From NCBI GenBank assembly GCA_016188865.1, contig JACPGX010000002.1, forward strand, positions 2,398 through 66,397: a DNA stretch of 64,000 nucleotides, given 5' to 3'. Shown here in pieces: positions 17,990 through 25,521 of this stretch. The translations under genes were made by a program, and so were the position numbers. The notes below the pieces were generated by a model. The model saw nothing but the letters and a program-made list of their open reading frames with translations, did no database searches and was not told the origin of the DNA. Position 1 is the first letter of the stretch; every line of letters starts with the position of its first letter. Origin of the DNA: Candidatus Nealsonbacteria bacterium. GTDB taxonomy: Bacteria; Patescibacteriota; Minisyncoccia; Minisyncoccales; MHMH01.

Positions 17990-18622
17990 TTATTCATGTA
18001 TCTTTATACTATACCATTCTGAGATATTTTTTAACAACACTAAATGATTGACCATGATTTTCAGTTTGAATAGAATATTCCAATCTTTTTTTAAAATTAA
18101 TTTAATAATTTTAGCGATATCGCAATCTACTTTTTTCCCCCGGACAGAGCATCCTGCAATATCGGGGTAATATCCCAAAATGGCGACTAGATTCCAAAAA
18201 AAATAATAATACATCAGCCTTAAATCATAAATCTTAAATCTTAAATCATTCATTTTACCTAAAACCTCGTTTAGGAGTTGCCAGATTTTTTCGTCTTTTT
18301 CTTCTTTGTGGGCCAATTCATCAAGAATTCTGACAATCCCATGAACAACATGCAATTTCCCCAAATTTCTTCTGATATTGATAAAGTTTTCTATCAAAAT
18401 AGCATCTGTAAGTGTTTTATGAGTTTTTCCCTGTATGAATTCAATTTCGGATAAATAAAAAAGCCCGGCGCCGCCTCTCAGCTTTGAGTTAATTTTTCTA
18501 ATTGCTTTTCCTAAAACTTTTATTTTCCCGAAATCTTCCGTATAAACAGTGAAAAGCTGATCCGCTTCTTTAAGATCAGCTTTTCTCAAAAAAATACCCC
18601 GAGTTCTGTAATGAACTGCCAT
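17990..18622 (-). CDS. recO: DNA repair protein RecO
   Basis: N-terminal OB-fold pattern typical of RecO (GIFLRKADLKEADQLFTVYTEDFGKIKVLGKAIRK). Confidence 0.8.
   Translation of the reverse strand: MAVHYRTRGIFLRKADLKEADQLFTVYTEDFGKIKVLGKAIRKINSKLRGGAGLFYLSEIEFIQGKTHKTLTDAILIENFINIRRNLGKLHVVHGIVRILDELAHKEEKDEKIWQLLNEVLGKMNDLRFKIYDLRLMYYYFFWNLVAILGYYPDIAGCSVRGKKVDCDIAKIIKLILKKDWNILFKLKIMVNHLVLLKNISEWYSIKIHE
18221..18248. repeat. Heptanucleotide tandem repeat (TAAATCW x4) inside recO
   Basis: taaatca taaatct taaatct taaatca. Encodes NDLRFKIYDLRL. Confidence 0.85.
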
Positions 18623-18636
18623 GAATTTTTATTAAG

Positions 18637-19074
18637 CTAAAATCCCTTCTTCCATTGTTCGAACACTTTTATCTTATCCTCCAGCGCCTTTTTTTCTTTA
18701 AAAGTTTTGGCATACATCTTTTCTTTTTTCATTTTACCTAAAACAGCATTAAGTTTTTCTGATGAAAGGCCGTATGTTTGGCCCATCTTTTTGGCTCTTG
18801 TCTGCAGTTCCTGTATCATGCCCACTCTTTGTTTCTGCCCAAGTTTTCTGAAGGTGCCGGGTATGGGGGCATAGGGAGCCTTCCTGGCAAATTGTCTTAA
18901 CTCCAAAAAACTCTTATACGTCTTTCCACCGAAAAGACCTTTTGACTGGGGCGCAGCTTGTGGTTTTGGCTCTAGTTTGGGCGCAGGTCTTGTTATCCCC
19001 AACCTCTCAAATATGCTGGATACCGCTGGTTTCTGTGGAGAGGGGCTTGGTTTTGGCGCAAATGGCATGGGCAT
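18637..19074 (-). CDS. Hypothetical protein (Pro-rich N-terminus, basic C-terminus)
   Basis: 145-aa ORF in an operon-like position between ileS and recO. No family recognised. Confidence 0.4.
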   Translation of the reverse strand: MPMPFAPKPSPSPQKPAVSSIFERLGITRPAPKLEPKPQAAPQSKGLFGGKTYKSFLELRQFARKAPYAPIPGTFRKLGQKQRVGMIQELQTRAKKMGQTYGLSSEKLNAVLGKMKKEKMYAKTFKEKKALEDKIKVFEQWKKGF

Positions 19075-19098
19075 AATTATTGGTTAATTATATCATAT

Positions 19099-22000
19099 TT
19101 ATAATTTCTTCACCGCAAGACTAAGTTTTTGCCGATCAACATTTATTTCCTTCTCGCCTTTACCCGGCTTAAAATCCTTAGCCTTAATTTCAGATAAAAT
19201 AAACTTTTTATTTTTACCTAAAATTCTATTTAATTCTGACGCACCGGAATACTGGACAAAAATTTTATCTTTTGGCTTAAAGCCGGCTTCCTTTCTCATC
19301 TCATTAATCTGGCGAATAACTTCTCGAATAATTCCCTCTTCTTTAAGCTCTGGGGTAATTTTCGTATCCAATATTAAAATATTGCTGAAAATAATTTTCT
19401 TGACGTTAACTTCTTCTTTTATGAACTCTGATAAACCTTTCTCCATTTTCTCGGGAATCACAAGAGAAGTTAGGGGTTGGCGAACTTTTATGCCAGTCTT
19501 AGCTCTTTCGGCCAAGGCCAAAGCCACAATTTCCCTGACCCTCGTCATTTTCTGATTTAATTTTTTATTAATCAATTTTTTATTAGCCTTGGGCCAATCA
19601 GCCAAGTGGATACTGCGAGAACGCTTCTCGTAATGACGAGAAACGTTCTCGTAAATTTGCTCGGAGAGGAAAGGAATAAAGGGGGCGGTTAATTTTGAAA
19701 CCGTTTGAAGAACCAAGGTCAGAGTGCCGACAGCTTCGTTAAAACGCTTGCGCGACCTTCTGATATACCACAAAGACAGATCGTTAACCACAAAATCTTC
19801 AATAGCTCTGGCCGCTCCTGTTACGTCGTATTTATCAAGATTATAAGTAGTTTCTGCAATTAACTCATTTAATCGGGAAACCACCCACTTATCTAATAAG
19901 TTTTTAGTTTTTAGTTTATAGTTTGTAGTTTTAATATTATAAGTTTTGTAGAAAGTAAAACAATTCCACAAAATCAAAATAAACTTTTTCAAAGCTTGGT
20001 CTATGTCTTTTTCTGTAAAAAGTTTTGAATCGCCGGACTGATTAACTGTGTAAAAATACCACCTAACAGCGTCGGCGCCATATTTTTCAACAATATACCA
20101 AGGGTCAACGACATTGCCCCTTGATTTTGACATTTTCTCTCCTTTCTCGTCTAAAACATGGCCAGTAGAAATTACATTTTTATAGGGCGCGCCTTTTCCC
20201 AAAAGTGTGGAAACCGCCAAAAGTGTATAGAACCAGCCGCGAGTCTGATCGATAGCCTCTGAAATATAATCAGCTGGAAATATGGCTCCGGAAGCGAACG
20301 GCATACTGCCCGAATCAAACCAAACATCGCAAACTTCCGAAACCCTTGCCATTTTTTCTCCGCATTTAGAGCAATAGAATTTAATTTCATCTATATAAGG
20401 CCGATGAAAATCAACCCTCCCCTCTTTATCCAGGGGTAAATTTTTAAAATCCAGCTTGCGCCACTCTCCGGTCTTTATGTCTTTTTTAGCTAATTTTATT
20501 TTCAATAATTTTTCGTCAGACAAACCCTTGACTGCTCCTTCTAAAAGCCACAATGGATCGCAATGGCTGACAATTAAAATAGTTTTATTTTTATGCTTTT
20601 GATCAATATCGCTTATAAAGCTCATCATTCTTTTTCTAACTTCGCCCCAATTTTCCCCGCCTTCGGGCTTTCTCCCGTAAAAACTGTCTACGCTTTTCGG
20701 AAAATCTTTAAAATATTTTTCTTTCTTTTTACCCTGATAAATGCCAAAATTCATATCTCTTAAGCGCATATCAGAAATTATTTCTGCGCCAAGTTCTTCA
20801 TTAACGAGCTGGGCTGTCTGACGGGTTCTGTTCATATCTGAAAAATAAATTATATCTATTTTCTTTATTTTAAGTTCTTTAGCGGCTTTTCTTACATCGC
20901 TCTCCCCACCCTTGCTTAATAATATGGGACTTTTTTCCGGCCAAGGATAAATATAATCTCCATTATTAACCTGATGGTTATTTTGGCCGTGCCGCATAAT
21001 ATAATATTTATTGGCTGAAAATTTTTGACCCAATAAATCATTTTTACCACCGATAACTTCCTTGAGCCCGCAACTCTGACAGCTCCAAATCGGCAAAGGT
21101 GTTCCCCAATATCTCTCTCGGGAAAAAGCCCAATCTTTCAGTTCTTTTAGCCACTCGCCGAATCTCCCGTCTTTTAAATGCGAGGGCACCCAATTGATTT
21201 TTTGGTTGTTGCCGATCAGGTCTTTTTTTACGTCCTGCATTTTTATAAACCAGCTCTCTTTGGCGTAATAAAGAAGCGGCGATTTGCAGCGCCAGCAGAA
21301 AGGATAATCATGCTCGTATAATTCTTCTTTAAAAAGAACTCCCCTCTCCTGCAGGTCTTTAATAATCAACGGGTCCGCATCTTTAACAAACATTTCATTC
21401 CACTCATAATCCGGCGTTATCATTTTGCCTTCTTCATTAACGGTCACTAATACTGGCAAATTATTCTCTTTTCCTACCTTCATATCATCCTCGCCAAAAG
21501 CCGGAGCAATATGCACCAAACCTGTACCGTCTTCCATGGAAACAAAATCGCCGGCAACTACGCGATATTTCGATGTCCGACCTCCCGACAAATCTGACGG
21601 GAGATCGGACATCCCAAATATCCGTTCATATTCTAATCCAATTAAGTCCCTACCCTTAAATTCTCCAACGATTTCTCCAACTATGCCGACTGGCTTCATT
21701 CTATCTTTAGCTAAAATCAGATATTCCTCACCAACTTTTATTTTTACATAAGTAAATTCCGGGTTTACCGCTACCGCAACATTCCCGGGCAAAGTCCAGG
21801 GCGTCGTCGTCCACACGAGCAAAGAAGAGTCCTTGAATTTTAAATTTTTAATCTTAAATCTTACATAAATTGAATTTTCTTCAATTCTTTTGTACCCCTG
21901 CGCCACTTCATGGGAAGACAAACTTGTCCCACACCTCGGACAATACGGCACTACTTTGTAATCTTTGTACAAAAGCCCTTTTTGATAAATTTGTTTTACT

Positions 22001-22467
22001 ATCCACCATAAAGTTTCGATATATTCATTTTCATAGGTGACATAAGGGTGCTCCATATCTAACCAATAGCCAATCCTTTCGGTTAATTTCTCCCAATCTC
22101 GCTTGTATTGCCAAACCGATTCTTTGCATTGCTTATTGAATTCAGCGATACCATATCTTTCAATGTCTTTTTTATTTTTTAAGCCCAGCTTTTTCTCAAC
22201 TTCCAGTTCTACGGGCAAACCATGGGTATCCCAGCCGGCTTTTCTCAAAACCCTAAAACCCTGCATGGTCTTATAGCGGCAAATAATATCTTTGAAGGCG
22301 CGGCTTAAAACATGATGAATACCCGGCTTCCCATTAGCCGTCGGCGGTCCCTCGTAAAACACAAAATCCCGCGCCCTAGCGCGCTGTTTGATGCTTTTCT
22401 CAAAAATCTTCTTTTCTTTCCAGAACTTCAATATCTCTTCTTCTTTCTGGGAAAAATTTAACTCCAT
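19099..22467 (-). CDS. ileS: Isoleucyl-tRNA synthetase (type 2) with an inserted histidine-phosphatase domain
   Basis: HIGH (PPTANGKPGIHHVLSR), KMSKS, editing-domain TTPWTLPGN and WFDSG motifs. A PGAM-type domain sits at about aa 486-686 (YIMRHGQ ... IVSHCDPL). Confidence 0.95.
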   Translation of the reverse strand: MELNFSQKEEEILKFWKEKKIFEKSIKQRARARDFVFYEGPPTANGKPGIHHVLSRAFKDIICRYKTMQGFRVLRKAGWDTHGLPVELEVEKKLGLKNKKDIERYGIAEFNKQCKESVWQYKRDWEKLTERIGYWLDMEHPYVTYENEYIETLWWIVKQIYQKGLLYKDYKVVPYCPRCGTSLSSHEVAQGYKRIEENSIYVRFKIKNLKFKDSSLLVWTTTPWTLPGNVAVAVNPEFTYVKIKVGEEYLILAKDRMKPVGIVGEIVGEFKGRDLIGLEYERIFGMSDLPSDLSGGRTSKYRVVAGDFVSMEDGTGLVHIAPAFGEDDMKVGKENNLPVLVTVNEEGKMITPDYEWNEMFVKDADPLIIKDLQERGVLFKEELYEHDYPFCWRCKSPLLYYAKESWFIKMQDVKKDLIGNNQKINWVPSHLKDGRFGEWLKELKDWAFSRERYWGTPLPIWSCQSCGLKEVIGGKNDLLGQKFSANKYYIMRHGQNNHQVNNGDYIYPWPEKSPILLSKGGESDVRKAAKELKIKKIDIIYFSDMNRTRQTAQLVNEELGAEIISDMRLRDMNFGIYQGKKKEKYFKDFPKSVDSFYGRKPEGGENWGEVRKRMMSFISDIDQKHKNKTILIVSHCDPLWLLEGAVKGLSDEKLLKIKLAKKDIKTGEWRKLDFKNLPLDKEGRVDFHRPYIDEIKFYCSKCGEKMARVSEVCDVWFDSGSMPFASGAIFPADYISEAIDQTRGWFYTLLAVSTLLGKGAPYKNVISTGHVLDEKGEKMSKSRGNVVDPWYIVEKYGADAVRWYFYTVNQSGDSKLFTEKDIDQALKKFILILWNCFTFYKTYNIKTTNYKLKTKNLLDKWVVSRLNELIAETTYNLDKYDVTGAARAIEDFVVNDLSLWYIRRSRKRFNEAVGTLTLVLQTVSKLTAPFIPFLSEQIYENVSRHYEKRSRSIHLADWPKANKKLINKKLNQKMTRVREIVALALAERAKTGIKVRQPLTSLVIPEKMEKGLSEFIKEEVNVKKIIFSNILILDTKITPELKEEGIIREVIRQINEMRKEAGFKPKDKIFVQYSGASELNRILGKNKKFILSEIKAKDFKPGKGEKEINVDRQKLSLAVKKL
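19901..19935. repeat. Heptanucleotide tandem repeat (TTTNTAG-like x5) inside ileS
   Basis: tttttag tttttag tttatag tttgtag ttttaat. Encodes YNIKTTNYKLKTKNL. Confidence 0.75.
21572..21613. repeat. Palindromic element (diverged full-length copy), in-frame inside ileS
   Basis: GATGTCCGACCTCCCGACAAATCTGACGGGAGATCGGACATC. Encodes MSDLPSDLSGGRTS on the minus strand. Confidence 0.8.
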
Positions 22468-22479
22468 AAATCTATTTCC

Positions 22480-22508
22480 AGAATATCATTTTATCTCATT
22501 TTTATCAA
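22480..22508 (-). promoter_or_regulatory. Putative ileS promoter (TTGATA-N17-TATTCT, preceded by TGA)
   Basis: Minus strand reads TTGATAaaaatgagataaaatgaTATTCT. Only 12 nt separate the -10 from the ATG, which would imply a very short leader. Confidence 0.3.
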
Positions 22509-22511
22509 AAT

Positions 22512-22559
22512 AAAACCCTCTGTCGCATCGCAATATGCTTAGCGAGAGAGGGCTTTTTT
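22512..22559. terminator. Long hairpin terminator (A-run / T-run on both sides) downstream of the 22574..23068 gene
   Basis: CCCTCTGTCGC ... GCGAGAGAGGG: 11-bp arms with one mismatch and a 15-nt loop. Confidence 0.55.
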
Positions 22560-22573
22560 CTAAGTACCGAAAA

Positions 22574-23068
22574 TTACTTGCGAAGAAAACGGAAGACCAA
22601 TAATCTGTCGGAATCAAAAAAATTGTTAGAAAATATTAAACCGCTACTGAGCCAAAATATCGAAACATCGCGCTCCATGCAGAATATGCCTCGGCGACCA
22701 TACGGATCGTCAGGAATAAGAATCGGTTCCATGGCGATTGGCAACCAGTCGTTTTTAGGCTGGTCTGGATACTGCTCGCGCAGAGCGGGGCCAACTTCGC
22801 TTGGGCATCTTTGAAGGCCATTCTCTAGAGCGCAATTGCAAATGACATCAAAGTGCGCATATCCTTCAAGGCCCAGTTCCCGACTCGTCGCAAGCACCAA
22901 ATCCACCTCTATCGCTTCTTGACTAATCGGAATTTTATCGAAAAACTGATCAGCGTGGTAGTAGCGAATGCGATACTTCCTGCCCCTGAGGACCCTGCGG
23001 TACTCCTCGGATGATTTATGAAGGCCGAGCTTGATTGTTCTCCAAATCTTGAATTTGGAAGTTATCAT
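22574..23068 (-). CDS. Conserved hypothetical protein (visibly GC-richer than its neighbours)
   Basis: 164-aa ORF with GGAGG RBS. The segment ELGLEGYAHFDVICNCALENGLQRCPSEVGPALREQYPDQPKNDWLPIAMEPI resembles a widespread uncharacterised family that I cannot name. Confidence 0.5.
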   Translation of the reverse strand: MITSKFKIWRTIKLGLHKSSEEYRRVLRGRKYRIRYYHADQFFDKIPISQEAIEVDLVLATSRELGLEGYAHFDVICNCALENGLQRCPSEVGPALREQYPDQPKNDWLPIAMEPILIPDDPYGRRGIFCMERDVSIFWLSSGLIFSNNFFDSDRLLVFRFLRK

Positions 23069-23160
23069 TAACGTTTCCTCCTTTCAAAGAGCAACTTTAA
23101 CTTTAAAATGATAGCATATTCTAATTTTTCTATCAAATTATTTTAGTATAAAAACTAAAT

Positions 23161-23194
23161 ACGTATGAATTAAACTATGGTTTTTTTCATACGT
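23161..23194. promoter_or_regulatory. CCATGG-type long palindrome (copy L1), abutting the stop of the PaaX-like gene
   Basis: ACGTATGAATTAAACTATGGTTTTTTTCATACGT, with outer arms ACGTATGAA / TTCATACGT. Confidence 0.6.
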
Positions 23195-23196
23195 AA

Positions 23197-23769
23197 TTAT
23201 ATTTTAAAAATTTCCCTTAGAAAATCATCATTTTCTATATTCTCGGCGGTGATTAAACGAACTTCGCGCTGTCCCAACCCAAAGAACTCCCTCAATAACT
23301 CTACCTCATCTTTGCAGGGATAAGGATTAATCCAAACGCTTTTCTGCAAAGGCAAAAAACCTAATTCCCTTAATTTTCCCCTGAAAGCATTCCGTTGTAG
23401 ATTTTTAAGCTGAATGATATCAAAAATTACTATTCGCCATTTTTTATCCCATTTTTTCGGCTTATTTATATTCAAACTGTCAATTTGAAACCTGCCGGCC
23501 AATTTTCTCCCTTTTTCCGTCAAAGAAATATAAATTTGATGATTTTTATTTATAATTTTAATACATCCTTGCCTTCTAAGATTATAAAAGGTGTCGGAAA
23601 CTTTTTTCGCTTTATACTTGTCTTTATTTTGAAATCCTTTAATAATATTCGTGGCAAAATGGGGAGAGGTAGCAGCGATGCAAACCGCACCGGCAACGGC
23701 CAGCCACTTAAAAACATCTTTGGTGATTTCTGATTTCGGTTTTCTAAAATAATATTTATATTTACTCAT
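23197..23769 (-). CDS. PaaX-like / Cas2-fold domain protein with N-terminal hydrophobic segment and wHTH-like middle (paralogue 1)
   Basis: KWRIVIFDI...LRNAFRGKLRELGF.PLQKSVWINPY resembles the Cas2-like ferredoxin-fold core of PaaX-family proteins. Paralogue at 62063..62635. Confidence 0.6.
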   Translation of the reverse strand: MSKYKYYFRKPKSEITKDVFKWLAVAGAVCIAATSPHFATNIIKGFQNKDKYKAKKVSDTFYNLRRQGCIKIINKNHQIYISLTEKGRKLAGRFQIDSLNINKPKKWDKKWRIVIFDIIQLKNLQRNAFRGKLRELGFLPLQKSVWINPYPCKDEVELLREFFGLGQREVRLITAENIENDDFLREIFKI

Positions 23770-23777
23770 AGTCTAAT

Positions 23778-23813
23778 AACGTATGAATAATACCATGGTT
23801 TTATTCATACGTT
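23778..23813. promoter_or_regulatory. 36-bp near-perfect palindrome (copy R1), 9 nt upstream of the PaaX-like start: candidate operator
   Basis: AACGTATGAATAATACCA|TGGTTTTATTCATACGTT, with one mismatch between the half-sites. Confidence 0.65.
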
Positions 23814-23845
23814 ATTTTATATTACTATATTAACGGGCTTTAATC

Positions 23846-23876
23846 AAAAGAAAAAGCTCGGAATTAACCCGAGCTT
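23846..23876 (-). terminator. Rho-independent terminator of argS
   Basis: AAGCTCGG / CCGAGCTT hairpin, followed by a T-run on the minus strand. Confidence 0.6.
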
Positions 23877-23901
23877 GATTTTGGCATCATCGCGCGCCTT
23901 T

Positions 23902-25413
23902 CTACATTTTCTCCGGAGCGGAAATACCCATAAGAGAAAGGGTATTCTTTAAAACGATTTGGGTTGCTAACGACAGGGCTAAGCGGGCTTGAGTTAAATT
24001 TTTATCCTCGGAAATCACGTGGCAATCTCTGTAAAATTGATGGAAAACAGTCGCTAACTCCATTGCGTATTGAGGCAACCTTTGAAGCTGGTAATCCTTG
24101 GCAGTATCTTCAATAACTTCCGGCAATTTAATCAGCTGTTTAATTAAATCCAATTCACTTGCATGCGTTAATAATTTCACGTTTTCGGATTTCGGATTTC
24201 GGATTTCGGATTTCGCCAAAATACTGCATATTCTTGCGTGAGCGTATTGAACATAATATACCGGGTTTTTCTCCGACTGCTCTTTTGCCAAATCCAAATC
24301 AAAATTCAAATGGCTGTCATGGCTGCGGGTTAAAAAAAAGAATCGGGCAACATCCAATGAAACTTCTTCGATAAGTTCATCAATAGTTACGAATACTCCA
24401 GTCCTTTTAGACATTTTAACTTCTTTGCCAGCCTCAATTAACCTTACTAACTGATAGACAATCGGAGTAATTTTTTCTTTATCATATCCTAATGCCTGTG
24501 CTGCGGCCTTCAAGCGAGGGACGTAGCCGTGATGCTCTGCCCCTAAAAAAATTACTAACCAATCAAATCCTCTTCCAAATTTATTTTTTAAATAAGCGAT
24601 GTCAGAAAGGAAATAAGTTTCTTCTTCATAGGTCGTTTTCTTTTCCGCCCTAACCAAAACTCGATCTTTATCGTCGCCAAATTCCGTAGATTTAAACCAA
24701 ATAGCTCCATCTTTTTCATAAACAAGGCCTTTTTTCTTTAAAAAACCGGAAACTTGTTTTGCTTCTTTGGGATATAAAGATGTTTCATAAAACCATTTGT
24801 CAAATTTAATTCCCATTATTTTTGCCGTATTTTCTATTTTTTTAACAATATACTTTACTGCTTTATCAATGTCTTTTTCGCCTTTTTTAATCAACTTTTC
24901 GGTATATTCATTTTTATAGCCCTGCTTTCCCTCAAGAGTATCCTGCAGAACCTTAATTTGCCTGCCCCGGTCGTTAACATAGTATTCACGCCAAACCCTG
25001 TATCCGGCTTTATTAAAAACATTGGCTAAAACATCTCCGCAAAAGCCGCCTCGCGCATTGCCAACGTGAAGAGGGCCGGTAGGATTGGCTGAAATAAATT
25101 CCACGTTTACTTTTTTATTTTGGCCAATTTTTAAATTACCGAAATTATTTTTTTGTTTTAAAATTTCTCTGACCTGCTTTTGCAGATACTCTTTGGAAAT
25201 AAAAAAGTTAATGAAGCCGGGGCCGGCTGCTTCAACTTTTTCAAAAAGATTGGATTTCAGTTTGTTGATTATTTCTTTCGGGTCTTTTTTTAATCTAAAG
25301 GCGATGTTGGTTGAATAATCTCCATATTTTTTATCTTCCGGAGTTTCCAGTCTGACATCCTCTTCTCCGGTTGCTTTTTGAACCAATTTTACTATTTCTT
25401 GACGTATCATCAC
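23902..25413 (-). CDS. argS: Arginyl-tRNA synthetase
   Basis: SANPTGPLHVGNARG (HIGH region), the MSKRTG variant of KMSKS, and C-terminal YVQYAHARICSI. Confidence 0.95.
   Translation of the reverse strand: MMIRQEIVKLVQKATGEEDVRLETPEDKKYGDYSTNIAFRLKKDPKEIINKLKSNLFEKVEAAGPGFINFFISKEYLQKQVREILKQKNNFGNLKIGQNKKVNVEFISANPTGPLHVGNARGGFCGDVLANVFNKAGYRVWREYYVNDRGRQIKVLQDTLEGKQGYKNEYTEKLIKKGEKDIDKAVKYIVKKIENTAKIMGIKFDKWFYETSLYPKEAKQVSGFLKKKGLVYEKDGAIWFKSTEFGDDKDRVLVRAEKKTTYEEETYFLSDIAYLKNKFGRGFDWLVIFLGAEHHGYVPRLKAAAQALGYDKEKITPIVYQLVRLIEAGKEVKMSKRTGVFVTIDELIEEVSLDVARFFFLTRSHDSHLNFDLDLAKEQSEKNPVYYVQYAHARICSILAKSEIRNPKSENVKLLTHASELDLIKQLIKLPEVIEDTAKDYQLQRLPQYAMELATVFHQFYRDCHVISEDKNLTQARLALSLATQIVLKNTLSLMGISAPEKM
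24183..24217. repeat. Heptanucleotide tandem repeat (TTTCGGA x4 plus 1 degenerate unit) inside argS
   Basis: tttcgga x4 then tttcgcc. Encodes AKSEIRNPKSEN. The same unit occurs in the archease gene. Confidence 0.9.
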
Positions 25414-25439
25414 TTAAATTTTATCTCATTATCCACCGT

Positions 25440-25468
25440 TTGACAAATTTCCCATTCTCTGATATCCT
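25440..25468 (+). promoter_or_regulatory. Putative promoter of the P1-P2 unit (TTGACA-N17-TATCCT, preceded by TGA)
   Basis: TTGACAaatttcccattctctgaTATCCT. The conserved leader starts 7 nt downstream. Confidence 0.5.
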
Positions 25469-25474
25469 ACTTTA

Positions 25475-25498
25475 TCTAGCAACTTGAAAATTTAATCG
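25475..25498 (+). promoter_or_regulatory. Conserved 5' leader box, copy 1 (TCTAGCAACTTGAAAATTTAATCG)
   Basis: Near-identical to 29290-29312 and at the same distance from a TTGACA-N17 promoter. Confidence 0.55.
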
Positions 25499-25521
25499 TA
25501 AGGTAGGGAAGAACGGCAAAA

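Noticed and set aside
22468-22573. ileS upstream hairpin as a T-box or other leader riboswitch
   Set aside because: The region is only about 100 nt. The hairpin is flanked by A- and T-runs and is best explained as the terminator of the upstream 22574..23068 gene. No specifier-loop or T-box sequence is recognisable.
24183-24217. Short tandem repeats (here and at 39634, 61250, 18221, 19901, 5969) as possible CRISPR arrays
   Set aside because: The units are 7-8 nt with no spacers and lie inside intact ORFs. No cas genes are present. The Cas2-fold resemblance of the PaaX-like proteins is not accompanied by an array.
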